Assembly (NCBI GenBank): GCA_963796685.1 | Contig: CAWCMR010000005.1 | Location: 352,001 to 416,000, forward strand | Direction of reading: 5' to 3' | DNA length: 64,000 bases | Source of the DNA: an uncultured delta proteobacterium | Lineage (GTDB): Bacteria > Myxococcota_A > Polyangia > Fen-1088 | Part shown: one piece after another, positions 31,001 through 41,033 of the stretch | Layout of the letters: the number at the start of each line of letters is the position of its first letter | Numbering within the stretch: the first letter of the stretch is position 1 | Made by a program: the position numbers and the translations under genes | The notes under the pieces: generated by a model | What the model was told of the DNA's origin: nothing | Seen by the model: the letters and a program-made list of their open reading frames with translations, nothing else | The model's database searches: none

Positions 31001-34000
31001 GACGGCCCCATTGAAGCGAGCGTCACCGAGTCGTAGGCGGCGGCGAGAGTGATCTATCCGTCGTCCCCGGACGACGGCCCCATTGAAGCGCCAGGTGGCG
31101 CGCTCCCAGGTGGGCGTTCGTCGCAGCTATCCGTCGTCCCCGGACGACGGCCCCATTGAAGCAGCGTGGGCGTGTAGCTCGAGGATGCGGAGAAATCCAC
31201 TATCCGTCGTCCCCGGACGACGGCCCCATTGAAGCGCGGTCATCTATGCCCACAAGTACGGGATGATGTTCCTCTATCCGTCGTCCCCGGACGACGGCCC
31301 CATTGAAGCAACAATGACGAACACATTCGCCCCCGCACGTGTTCCTATCCGTCGTCCCCGGACGACGGCCCCATTGAAGCCTTTCTGTGGTGAGAGTTAG
31401 CGTCGGGGTAACTTCCCTATCCGTCGTCCCCGGACGACGGCCCCATTGAAGCCATGGAGTACCTGACAACATGACCAAGATCGAAGACTATCCGTCGTCC
31501 CCGGACGACGGCCCCATTGAAGCAGGACTCTGTGAACGTCAACGCGGCCACGTCGACTACTATCCGTCGTCCCCGGACGACGGCCCCATTGAAGCATCAA
31601 GGCGTTGCAAGTCAAGCCGGTGTCACAATAATGACTATCCGTCGTCCCCGGACGACGGCCCCATTGAAGCCTATGGTGCCTGTTACGACAAAGGCGGAGC
31701 CTATTGGCTATCCGTCGTCCCCGGACGACGGCCCCATTGAAGCCTCGATCGTGGCGCTCACCGGCGCTAGCCCGCCACCTATCCGTCGTCCCCGGACGAC
31801 GGCCCCATTGAAGCTCGGGTGAAGCAAGGGTTTCCGGCACGCGCCACGGAACTATCCGTCGTCCCCGGACGACGGCCCCATTGAAGCCAGCCTTTGCAAT
31901 ACGGCTATACGCTCAACGATCACCTATCCGTCGTCCCCGGACGACGGCCCCATTGAAGCATCGATTGCCTACCTCAGAAGGGATGGCCCGGGGACGCTAT
32001 CCGTCGTCCCCGGACGACGGCCCCATTGAAGCGGGGGATCTTTCAAAGGCTTCACCGGGGGCTGTATCTGGCTATCCGTCGTCCCCGGACGACGGCCCCA
32101 TTGAAGCATCGGCATTGGAACATCCCAACGGCGCGGATCCGGGTCTATCCGTCGTCCCCGGACGACGGCCCCATTGAAGCGCAAAGCCCGCGACGATGAT
32201 GAGGCGCGGTTCAACCCTATCCGTCGTCCCCGGACGACGGCCCCATTGAAGCGTAGAGGGGCGGGAAGGCTTTGGTCATGTTCTCACCTATCCGTCGTCC
32301 CCGGACGACGGCCCCATTGAAGCGGTACATGCGGGGAAGTGCGTCCCTCACCACATATTGACTATCCGTCGTCCCCGGACGACGGCCCCATTGAAGCCCG
32401 AGCGAGCTGCTGCAGGCCGTTGCTGTTGTTCACTATCCGTCGTCCCCGGACGACGGCCCCATTGAAGCGCTTGGGGTGGTGCCGTTTGGTCGGCAAGCAC
32501 GCCTGCTATCCGTCGTCCCCGGACGACGGCCCCATTGAAGCCATTTCACGAACAGGTCGTACGACACGCCGTCAAGCCTATCCGTCGTCCCCGGACGACG
32601 GCCCCATTGAAGCTTCTGACGGCGGTGGCGGCGGTGGCGGCGTAGGCGGCGGCTATCCGTCGTCCCCGGACGACGGCCCCATTGAAGCACAATGACGCTC
32701 GGTATCACGACATGCGCCGAAGCCACCTATCCGTCGTCCCCGGACGACGGCCCCATTGAAGCTTGATGGCATCCGCGCGCATCTTCGCATCCGTCGCACT
32801 GCTATCCGTCGTCCCCGGACGACGGCCCCATTGAAGCTTGCGCTACGTTGCGCCCGTTTGACCACACCGTGCTTGGCTATCCGTCGTCCCCGGACGACGG
32901 CCCCATTGAAGCATCCTACCAAAAGCGAGCGCTACCTGAAATCAGCGACAGCTATCCGTCGTCCCCGGACGACGGCCCCATTGAAGCCAATGGCCGTTTG
33001 GAGGCCTCTGTGCAATCGGCTTGGCTCTATCCGTCGTCCCCGGACGACGGCCCCATTGAAGCGTCTGTAGCTCTATGCTACATGTCTTGAGGGTCGTACC
33101 TATCCGTCGTCCCCGGACGACGGCCCCATTGAAGCTATTCGTGGTTACCGACCACGCGCGGATTCATTGTCAACTATCCGTCGTCCCCGGACGACGGCCC
33201 CATTGAAGCCTTACGACATGCGCCTTTCCTGGCCGCGTAGCCACCTATCCGTCGTCCCCGGACGACGGCCCCATTGAAGCCATCAACCCGCTGCTGAGCT
33301 AGCAGGAGGAGTCCCATGCTATCCGTCGTCCCCGGACGACGGCCCCATTGAAGCCGCGCCTGCGAATGCGGCTCGCCGGATTTCTTCCCCTATCCGTCGT
33401 CCCCGGACGACGGCCCCATTGAAGCACAGAACTCGAACGAGAAGTCGGAACCGAAGAAGCCAGCTATCCGTCGTCCCCGGACGACGGCCCCATTGAAGCT
33501 CCGACCTGGCGGAACGACAAGCGGGGCAGGGGTAAACTATCCGTCGTCCCCGGACGACGGCCCCATTGAAGCCCTCGGCTATCGCAGAGCTGCTACATCC
33601 ATCGACCCCCTATCCGTCGTCCCCGGACGACGGCCCCATTGAAGCACCGTGGCCTGGACCCGCCTCGCCGCCACTGCGGACCTATCCGTCGTCCCCGGAC
33701 GACGGCCCCATTGAAGCCGCGAGGCGGGTGCGCGGCTCGAAGCCTACGCGCGACTATCCGTCGTCCCCGGACGACGGCCCCATTGAAGCCGAAGTTTCCA
33801 CGTCAGGATACCGGCGGGTTTCATCCTATCCGTCGTCCCCGGACGACGGCCCCATTGAAGCGTTGAGATCGCGCTTCGATAGCGGATGGCCACGATGAGC
33901 TATCCGTCGTCCCCGGACGACGGCCCCATTGAAGCTCTCTACATCATGGGCGGAGCGGCGCTCTTGGTTGTGCTATCCGTCGTCCCCGGACGACGGCCCC

Positions 34001-35094
34001 ATTGAAGCACGCTCACGCTGACGGCGTCCAGACTGCGAGGGAGTGAACTATCCGTCGTCCCCGGACGACGGCCCCATTGAAGCTCGCCGACAACGACAAC
34101 TCCGGAGGTGCAGCATGAGCTATCCGTCGTCCCCGGACGACGGCCCCATTGAAGCTGAGGGGCAGGAGGGCGTGGGGAGGCCGAAAGGCGCCTATCCGTC
34201 GTCCCCGGACGACGGCCCCATTGAAGCGTGGGGTGCCGGGAGCCTTCGACCGTGCAGTCAGGGGCTATCCGTCGTCCCCGGACGACGGCCCCATTGAAGC
34301 GCCTTGAGGAGCTTCTTCAGCCGGTCGAGCCCGCCGCCTATCCGTCGTCCCCGGACGACGGCCCCATTGAAGCATGGTGATGTGGTCGAATTTGCGAGCC
34401 CGAGAAACAGCCTATCCGTCGTCCCCGGACGACGGCCCCATTGAAGCGATGGAATGGCGAGCTCGATTTCAGAGCGCTGGAGCACTATCCGTCGTCCCCG
34501 GACGACGGCCCCATTGAAGCTTCGAAGCCCCACGGGGGCGTCACAGCGTGAAGCCAGCTATCCGTCGTCCCCGGACGACGGCCCCATTGAAGCAGCTCTG
34601 CTTCAGCGAAAGCTTGGTCGGCCAAACCACCTATCCGTCGTCCCCGGACGACGGCCCCATTGAAGCGAGTACGAGTCCCGCGGCCTCGGCCAGGGTCGCC
34701 AGCCTATCCGTCGTCCCCGGACGACGGCCCCATTGAAGCGGTTGCGGGCGCGGCCTGGTATCTGACCAACGCAGCTATCCGTCGTCCCCGGACGACGGCC
34801 CCATTGAAGCACCCCAGGTCAGGCCCTATAGTACCCGTATAGTACCTATCCGTCGTCCCCGGACGACGGCCCCATTGAAGCGTGTTCACCCAGGCAAGGC
34901 GAGCCGTGCGCCCAATCTATCCGTCGTCCCCGGACGACGGCCCCATTGAAACCGAGGAAGCGTTCAGGCTCGCACTGACTCCGGAGCTATCCGTCGTCCC
35001 CGGACGACGGCCCCATTGAAGCGACATGACTGCGCGCTTTCTCCTCGGGCCGGCCAGGCTATCCGTCGTCCCCGGACGACGGCCCCATTGAAGC
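28006..35094 (+). CRISPR. CRISPR array: 98 repeats of CTATCCGTCGTCCCCGGACGACGGCCCCATTGAAGC (36 bp), 97 spacers of 34-40 bp
   Basis: Repeats enumerated by eye; CCGTCGTCC/GGACGACGG hairpin; ATTGAAGC 3' handle sets orientation; repeat 96 ends TTGAAAC. Confidence 0.99.
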
Positions 35095-35200
35095 CCAACG
35101 CCGCGGAGGTATCGAAACTTCACATAACTTTACGCGCCAGCAACACGTGCGCAGCAATCCCCCATCATCTTGAAAGCTTCACCCCGCCGAGGAGAGCTTC

Positions 35201-35545
35201 ATGCAAACTGTCGAAGGCACGTCGCGCACATGGCTTGGCCCGCTTGCGAGTCTCGTTTTTGCGGTCATCGGAGTAACGGGCGTTCTGATGTTCTTCCACG
35301 TGCGGTTCCCGGGCATGGCCATCCTTCATGAGCTGGGAGGGATGTTGTTCGTGGTCGTGGCGGTGTGGCACCTGAAGCTCAACTGGAAGACGCTCTGCCG
35401 TTACTGCTGTCATCGCAAGGGCCTTGCCGGGCTGCTCGTGGGTGCGCTGCTGATGACGCTGTTTGCGGGCCTTGGGCTGGGGCACGACAACAGGCACCGC
35501 GAGCGCCACGGCGGACCGACTTGCCAAGAGGCTCGGACGCGCTGA
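35201..35545 (+). CDS. DUF4405-like small membrane protein (His-containing TM helices)
   Basis: VTGVLMFF, LHELGG, WHLKLNWK; GGAGAG RBS. Confidence 0.7.
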   Translation: MQTVEGTSRTWLGPLASLVFAVIGVTGVLMFFHVRFPGMAILHELGGMLFVVVAVWHLKLNWKTLCRYCCHRKGLAGLLVGALLMTLFAGLGLGHDNRHRERHGGPTCQEARTR

Positions 35546-35656
35546 GCGCGCGCCTTCATCGGGACTGCGTGCGACTGGTACGTGGCGCAGAGGTCGTCGA
35601 TCGGATACTGCAAGAGATGTAGACATCGCTATTACAAGTGGAGGAGACTGTTCGCC

Positions 35657-36547
35657 ATGTCCGAGCCCACCTCAGTCAGTCCCATCACCGGCGTCGCCGC
35701 GGGAGTTCCCTTTCTCGCTTTACCGCCTTCAGTCGGTGCCGGCATGCCCGAAGGCAGCCAGCATGCCGTGCCCATCATCGTGGCCTGGCACCTCATGGAT
35801 CCACCTCGCAGCGAATCCGCCTTCGCCGCGGCCTTGCCGTTGAACGGTTTGAATGCGTGGCGACTGTACCTGGGGCTGCCCATGTGCGGCGCTCGCCTTC
35901 CCCCGGGCGGACCCGAGGCGCTGATGCGGCTCTTCTATCAGGACGCCGTGCTCAAAGGATACCAGCCCATCGCGAATCAGGGCGCCGCGGAGCTCCCCGC
36001 CGTGCTCAGGGAGGCTCGAGAGCGGTTGGGACTGGAGGACGGCCCTGTCGCGCTTGTTGGCGGCTCGATGGGCTCGATCATCGCGGAGCTCGTGCTGACC
36101 GAGTCTGCTCCGGCCGCCGGCATCGAGGTGGCGGCGGCGGTGCTGATCAGCCCGGTTGCACAGCTCCGCCCGATGGTTGAGGCCATTGGTCGCCGTTACA
36201 ACGTCACCTACCCGTGGTCCCCTGAAGCCATGCGCGTCGCCGAGCGGTTGGACTTCGTGGCACGCGTGGACGACATCGTGCGTGCCGGACAACCGGCCAT
36301 TCGGCTAATCGTCGGGGCCGAAGACGACCGCGAGGGATTCATCGAGCCCGCACTGCGGTTGCAGTCCGCGCTGACCAGGCGCTACAGCGATCGATCGCGA
36401 GTCGATCTGGTCATCATTCCGGGAATGGGGCACGCCTTGGCGGAAGAGCCGGGCATTGCGCCGGCACCGCAAACCGCGCATGCCGCCGTCGCGGACCAGC
36501 ACACCATGGCGTGGTTTCTCGCGCACCTGCCAGGCTGCAAGCCATGA
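35657..36547 (+). CDS. Alpha/beta hydrolase
   Basis: GGSMG nucleophile elbow, GAEDD acid, PGMGH histidine. Confidence 0.8.
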   Translation: MSEPTSVSPITGVAAGVPFLALPPSVGAGMPEGSQHAVPIIVAWHLMDPPRSESAFAAALPLNGLNAWRLYLGLPMCGARLPPGGPEALMRLFYQDAVLKGYQPIANQGAAELPAVLREARERLGLEDGPVALVGGSMGSIIAELVLTESAPAAGIEVAAAVLISPVAQLRPMVEAIGRRYNVTYPWSPEAMRVAERLDFVARVDDIVRAGQPAIRLIVGAEDDREGFIEPALRLQSALTRRYSDRSRVDLVIIPGMGHALAEEPGIAPAPQTAHAAVADQHTMAWFLAHLPGCKP

Positions 36548-36571
36548 GGCGTGGAGCGAGGAACGCTCCCG

Positions 36572-37639
36572 TTACACAGGAGCGGGCCTTTTCGACGTGA
36601 CCGCCAGAAGGCAATGGGCGTTGTGGTGAAAGGTGCCGGTGGTGGCCCAGCATAGGCTTTGACAGCCGCCCCGACAGATTGGGCCGAAGGCGCAGTCGCG
36701 ACAGCCGGGACCGAGGGCGGCGGGCGAGAAGGCGCGATTGTAGGCGAACGCGTGCGGATCGTCCCACAGCTCGGCGAGGCAGCGGGTTCTGAGGTTGCCC
36801 TCGTCGGCGGCGCCGGCGGGCAGCGAGAGACAGCCGCGCACGGTCCCGTCGCTGGTGATGCCGACGACCTGGATGCCGGCTGCGCAGCCGGTCCAGCAAC
36901 GCTCTATCAGGGCCCGGCCGGTGCGCAGGCGAGGCTCGTGGCGGCTCATATACCCGATGTTGTCTGCTGCTTGCACGAAGAAGGGCGCCCGGGCTTGCAG
37001 GGCCAGCAGTTGGCTTTCGAGCTCCGGCAAAGCGCTCGGCGGCAGGCAGAAGGAGCCGCCGTGGCTGCCGGAGTCGCCGCGGCGGGCACGCCCGTGGGGC
37101 ATGGTGAGCTGGAGTTGCCAGCCGGAGAAGCCATGGGCGATCAGGAGGTCGAGCGTATCGTCCAACCGGTGCAAGTTGGCGCTGTTGACTTGCGTGACGG
37201 CGCCGATACGCATCCCGCGTTCGCGCAGGGCCTGGGCGCCCTTCAGGGTCCGCGCCAAGCCGTCCGATACGCCACGCAGACCGTCGTGCACGGCGGGCGG
37301 CCCGTCGATGGAGAAGGTCACGGCCGAGAACCCGCAAGCAATGAGCGTGTCGGCCTGGGCCGCCACGGACAGACCGTTGGTGATGAGCTCGAGCTGCATG
37401 CCGGCCTCGCGAACGGCCCGCGCCAGGGTGGGCCAGTCGGGTCGCAACAGGGGCTCGCCGCCGGAGAAGGTCACGGATTGACAGCCGAGGCCCGCCAGCT
37501 CGCCGATCAGGGCCAGCCCCTCGGCCGTGTCGAGCTCGCGGGCCCGGGCTTTGCCGGCATCCGATCCGCAGTGCACGCAACGGGCGTCGCAGGCAAGGGT
37601 CAGCTCCCACACGCAGATCCTGAGTGGCCAGTGGTCCAT
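36572..37639 (-). CDS. Radical SAM/SPASM enzyme B (splicease/PlpX-like clade)
   Basis: VWELTLACDARCVHC, SGGEP, ADNIGY, GCAAG..DGTVRGC, CRDC..C.GGC; start overlaps upstream stop. Confidence 0.9.
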   Translation of the reverse strand: MDHWPLRICVWELTLACDARCVHCGSDAGKARARELDTAEGLALIGELAGLGCQSVTFSGGEPLLRPDWPTLARAVREAGMQLELITNGLSVAAQADTLIACGFSAVTFSIDGPPAVHDGLRGVSDGLARTLKGAQALRERGMRIGAVTQVNSANLHRLDDTLDLLIAHGFSGWQLQLTMPHGRARRGDSGSHGGSFCLPPSALPELESQLLALQARAPFFVQAADNIGYMSRHEPRLRTGRALIERCWTGCAAGIQVVGITSDGTVRGCLSLPAGAADEGNLRTRCLAELWDDPHAFAYNRAFSPAALGPGCRDCAFGPICRGGCQSLCWATTGTFHHNAHCLLAVTSKRPAPV

Positions 37640-38766
37640 CACGTACCGGTGGGTGGCGAGGTCGGGGCCCGGGCCGACGCGGAATTCCCGGCGCGCTGAA
37701 TGCAGTAGGGATTGTCGTAGATGGTTCCCGTCACCGCATAGGCCATGGTGGTGCAACCGGCACGACAAAGGCGCCTGTAGGGACAAGTCTTGCAGAAGCC
37801 TTCGAGCAGCCGTTCGTCCCAGCGGGTGTTGTAGGCGAAGCGCTCGGCCTCGCGCCAGATGGTGCCAAGCGGGGTCTGGCGAATGTTGCCCACGACGAAC
37901 TCGCGCGGGTGCGACGGGCAACCCTTCACGTCGCCGTTCGAGCAAAAGGCGATCACCTGGCAGCCCGCCATACACCCCGCCCAGAACGACTCGACGCCCA
38001 TCACCGACCCGCGCAGCGCCGGCTCGTGTCGACCGTAGTAGCCGATGTTGTCTGCCACCGCGATGCGCATGCGTCCGTCGCGGACCAGGCTTGCGAGCAG
38101 ATCTTGCAAGCCCGAGATGCGCTCGGGCTCGACCAGGTATTGGTCGCGGTAGCTCAGCAAGCGCCCGAGCGGCATGCACAGTTGCACCTGCCACAGGTCC
38201 ACGCCAAGCCCCACCAGTTGCTCGTACATGCGACCGAGGTCGTCGATATTGCCCCGATGCACCTGCGTGATGACGGCCGTCTTCAGGGGCGATGCGGCCA
38301 CCCGCCGGATCGCCGCCAGGACAGCGTCGTAGCTCGATGCCGACCCGTGCGCCGGCACCCGGATGCGATCGTGGACGCTGCGCTCGCCGTCCAGCGACAG
38401 CGAGACGCCCTTCATCCCGAGCCGCACCATCCGATCGATCACACTCGAGCTCAGGCGAAGGCCATTCGTGATGAGACCAACGTTCATCCCCAGCCCGATG
38501 AGCCGTTCGGCAAGGGTGGCCCAGTCCGAGCGGACCAGGGGCTCTCCCCCGGTCAGGAGCACTTCGAGGCAGCCGATCTCGGCCAGCTGCACCGCCAGGT
38601 CGAGCGCCTCCGAGGTGGTGAGCTCGTCGGCCGCGGCATGCCCCGAGGCCGACTCACAATGAATGCAGCGCAGATTGCAGGCCTCGGTGATCTCCCAGAA
38701 GCAGCTACGTGGAACACGCGGGAGCAGGGTTGGCGTGGCCTCGCCAGGCTCGCGGTGTGGATCCAT
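37639..38766 (-). CDS. Radical SAM/SPASM enzyme A (splicease/PlpX-like clade)
   Basis: WEITEACNLRCIHC, TGGEP, ADNIGYY, GCMAG..NGDVKGCPS, CKTC..CRAGC..NPYC. Confidence 0.9.
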   Translation of the reverse strand: MDPHREPGEATPTLLPRVPRSCFWEITEACNLRCIHCESASGHAAADELTTSEALDLAVQLAEIGCLEVLLTGGEPLVRSDWATLAERLIGLGMNVGLITNGLRLSSSVIDRMVRLGMKGVSLSLDGERSVHDRIRVPAHGSASSYDAVLAAIRRVAASPLKTAVITQVHRGNIDDLGRMYEQLVGLGVDLWQVQLCMPLGRLLSYRDQYLVEPERISGLQDLLASLVRDGRMRIAVADNIGYYGRHEPALRGSVMGVESFWAGCMAGCQVIAFCSNGDVKGCPSHPREFVVGNIRQTPLGTIWREAERFAYNTRWDERLLEGFCKTCPYRRLCRAGCTTMAYAVTGTIYDNPYCIQRAGNSASARAPTSPPTGT

Positions 38767-38780
38767 GGTTGGCGCGCCTG

Positions 38781-39881
38781 CTAGTCGGGAAACGAGACGC
38801 CCTTGTACACCGGGACGGCGCAGAGCATGTAGCCTGGGCCGTTCTTTACATACTGGAGATCGGTGGAGGTCGGGGCTGCGTTGAGCCCGTTGCGCGTCGT
38901 GATGCCGTTCGGCTGACAACACGAGGTCAGGTTCAGGAGCATCTGCGAGATCTCTTCCGGCGTCCCCGTGGCAAAGAGCTGCGTGAGGCTGGTCGTCCAA
39001 TCCGTGGTCAGCGCGGCGAAGCACTGACACAGCCGGCTCTTCTGATCCGTCGAGAGGCTCGACTCGCCGATGGCTTGGTCGAGCTCGGTGGTCACGCTCT
39101 GGGTGCAGGCCGGCGCTGCGTCGGTGGAGGGCGAGCCGTCTGTGACGAGATCGACGCTCCCCATCGCGTCCACGGCCGTGTCGCGCGATTCGGGGGCATC
39201 CATGCCGCCATCCGCGCCGCCCATCCCTCCGGTGCCGCCCACGCCGCCCATCCCTCCGGCCCCCGCCACGCCGCCCATCCCTCCGGCCCCCGCCACGCCG
39301 CCCATCCCTCCGGTGCCGCCCGCGCCGCCCTTGCCTGTCGTACTACCACCGGCACCCGCGGCGCCGCCCGAGCCGCCCACCGTCGCATCGACAGCGACCG
39401 TTCCACCCGCGCCGCTCCCGCCGGTTCCCGTCGTGCCGCTGTGGTTCGAGTTGTCGCCGCACCCCGCGGCTGCCAGTCCGAGCAGCAAGAAGCCCCCCAG
39501 CACGGCCCCGGACAGTTTGCGCGTGAAATCCCGTCGAGCCGGCCCGGCGCTGCTCCCCCCGACAAGCAGAGCATCCCGCAGCTCGTCCACCAGCTCGTCG
39601 GCCTTCCACGAGCTGAGCAGCTCGGCCTGGGCCGTCACCGGTCGGAGTGGTCGCTGCGAATCGACGGCGCTTGCGACGACATCGCGGAGCAGTCCCTTGA
39701 GGGGCTGCCAAAATTCAGGATCGTTCCGTCGCCGTCGCAGCAGAGCGTAGAATTCGTCGTACGTCTCTTCCAACCCCGACCAAGGACGGAGGGCTGCGCC
39801 CTGGCCAGCCAGGAAGGTACGAACCCGCTGGGTGATGGTGGGGACTATGACAGGCGTATTCATGTCCACCAGCGTACGCAT
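38781..39881 (-). CDS. Putative rSAM substrate: N-terminal domain, internal Tat-lipoprotein signal, Gly-rich linker, Cys-rich domain, C-terminal VYKG
   Basis: RRDF...LAAAGC at about aa 115-141; ends AVPVYKGVSFPD, 14 bp before rSAM A. Confidence 0.7.
   Translation of the reverse strand: MRTLVDMNTPVIVPTITQRVRTFLAGQGAALRPWSGLEETYDEFYALLRRRRNDPEFWQPLKGLLRDVVASAVDSQRPLRPVTAQAELLSSWKADELVDELRDALLVGGSSAGPARRDFTRKLSGAVLGGFLLLGLAAAGCGDNSNHSGTTGTGGSGAGGTVAVDATVGGSGGAAGAGGSTTGKGGAGGTGGMGGVAGAGGMGGVAGAGGMGGVGGTGGMGGADGGMDAPESRDTAVDAMGSVDLVTDGSPSTDAAPACTQSVTTELDQAIGESSLSTDQKSRLCQCFAALTTDWTTSLTQLFATGTPEEISQMLLNLTSCCQPNGITTRNGLNAAPTSTDLQYVKNGPGYMLCAVPVYKGVSFPD
39216..39323. repeat. 27-bp coding tandem repeat x4 (GGMGGVAGA-type)
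   Basis: gccgcccatccctccgg(ccccc/tgcc).. units in the linker. Confidence 0.85.
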
Positions 39882-40086
39882 GGCGCGCTGCCGAGTCTAC
39901 CAGCCTGTGCAAGGCACTGCCTGGCCGCTGTGATCCCAGCCACGACCCTGGTTGGCCAACGACAGCCGAGAGTCGCAACAATTCGCCGACCCCGACGTCG
40001 ACCTCGATATCGCCCACCGCGATTGTCTTGGACTTACCCAGGAAAGGGGGCAGCCTTCTCCTATCAAATTGCAGGAGGCAATCACC

Positions 40087-40218
40087 ATGGGCGACAAATC
40101 ACCGAAAGCGAAGAACAAGGCCAGGAAGCAAGACACTGCGGACAAGAATCAAAAGGCGTCGGCTGCTGCGGCGAAGATGTCGCCGTCACCGGTGTTTCCC
40201 GGAAAGAAGGCCCGGTAG
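40087..40218 (+). CDS. Small Lys/Ala-rich protein (MGDKSPK...), 43 aa
   Basis: GGAGG RBS about 8 nt upstream; highly basic. Confidence 0.55.
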   Translation: MGDKSPKAKNKARKQDTADKNQKASAAAAKMSPSPVFPGKKAR

Positions 40219-40299
40219 ACTCGGGTTTGGTGCTGCGCCCAAGCGACGGTGGTGTTAGGCTCTGCCGGCCGGAGAAACCACCTGGTCCAGAGTCGCACG

Positions 40300-40962
40300 G
40301 TGCATGACATCATCTCCTTTGCCCTCGTCGCGTTCCCGTCGCTGGTCGTAATCGTCAACCCGGTGACGGTCACGTCGGTTTTCATCACCCTCACGGCCAA
40401 CGCCACGCCGGAGGCGAAGCGAGCGATCATTCGGAAGACCACGCTTACCGCGTTCGTCGTCCTCATGGTCTTTGCCGTCTCCGGAACCCTCATCTTCAAG
40501 TTCTTCTCGATTACCATCGGCGCCTTCCAAGTTGCCGGAGGCATCATCCTCTTCTCCGTCGCCATGGGAATGCTTCACGCGAGGACCTCGCGGACGAAGC
40601 AGACACCGGAGGAGATGGACGAAGCGATGACCCGTGATGACATCGCCGTCGTTCCGCTGGCGATCCCGATCGTCTCCGGTCCGGGTGCCATCACCACGGT
40701 CATTGTCCTTTCCGGCGAGACCCGCGCCATTCCCAACATGGCGATCCTCTTTCTCGCCATCGTCGTTGTCATGGCCATTGTCTTCGTGATGTTGCGGAAC
40801 GCGGCCAGAATCCAGAGGTTCATGGGCCCTTCCGGCCTCAACATCACGACACGGCTGATGGGCCTGGTTCTCGCCGCCGTCGCCGTTCAGTTCGTCGTCC
40901 ACGGCATCGAAAGCGTCCTGCCGGAGATCGTGTCGGCGATCCACACCGGACCGAAACCGTAG
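40300..40962 (+). CDS. MarC-family membrane protein
   Basis: IVNP, AFQVAGGIIL, IAVVPLAIP..GPGAI, TRLMGL. Confidence 0.9.
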   Translation: MHDIISFALVAFPSLVVIVNPVTVTSVFITLTANATPEAKRAIIRKTTLTAFVVLMVFAVSGTLIFKFFSITIGAFQVAGGIILFSVAMGMLHARTSRTKQTPEEMDEAMTRDDIAVVPLAIPIVSGPGAITTVIVLSGETRAIPNMAILFLAIVVVMAIVFVMLRNAARIQRFMGPSGLNITTRLMGLVLAAVAVQFVVHGIESVLPEIVSAIHTGPKP

Positions 40963-41033
40963 CGGTCGCGCCTGGATTGCACCCCATGCGGGGTTCAAGT
41001 AGTGTGCGGTGAGCTGCGAAAGGAGAGGGATTT

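Noticed and set aside
28042-35058. Self-targeting spacers within the window
   Set aside because: None noticed by eye, but not exhaustively testable without alignment.
28150-35123. Many ORFs with YPSSPDDGPIEA / IRRPRTTAPLK repeats
   Set aside because: Translations of the CRISPR repeat.
35131-35177. Possible degenerate terminal repeat ending TTGAAAGC
   Set aside because: About 10 nt out of register and no hairpin core.
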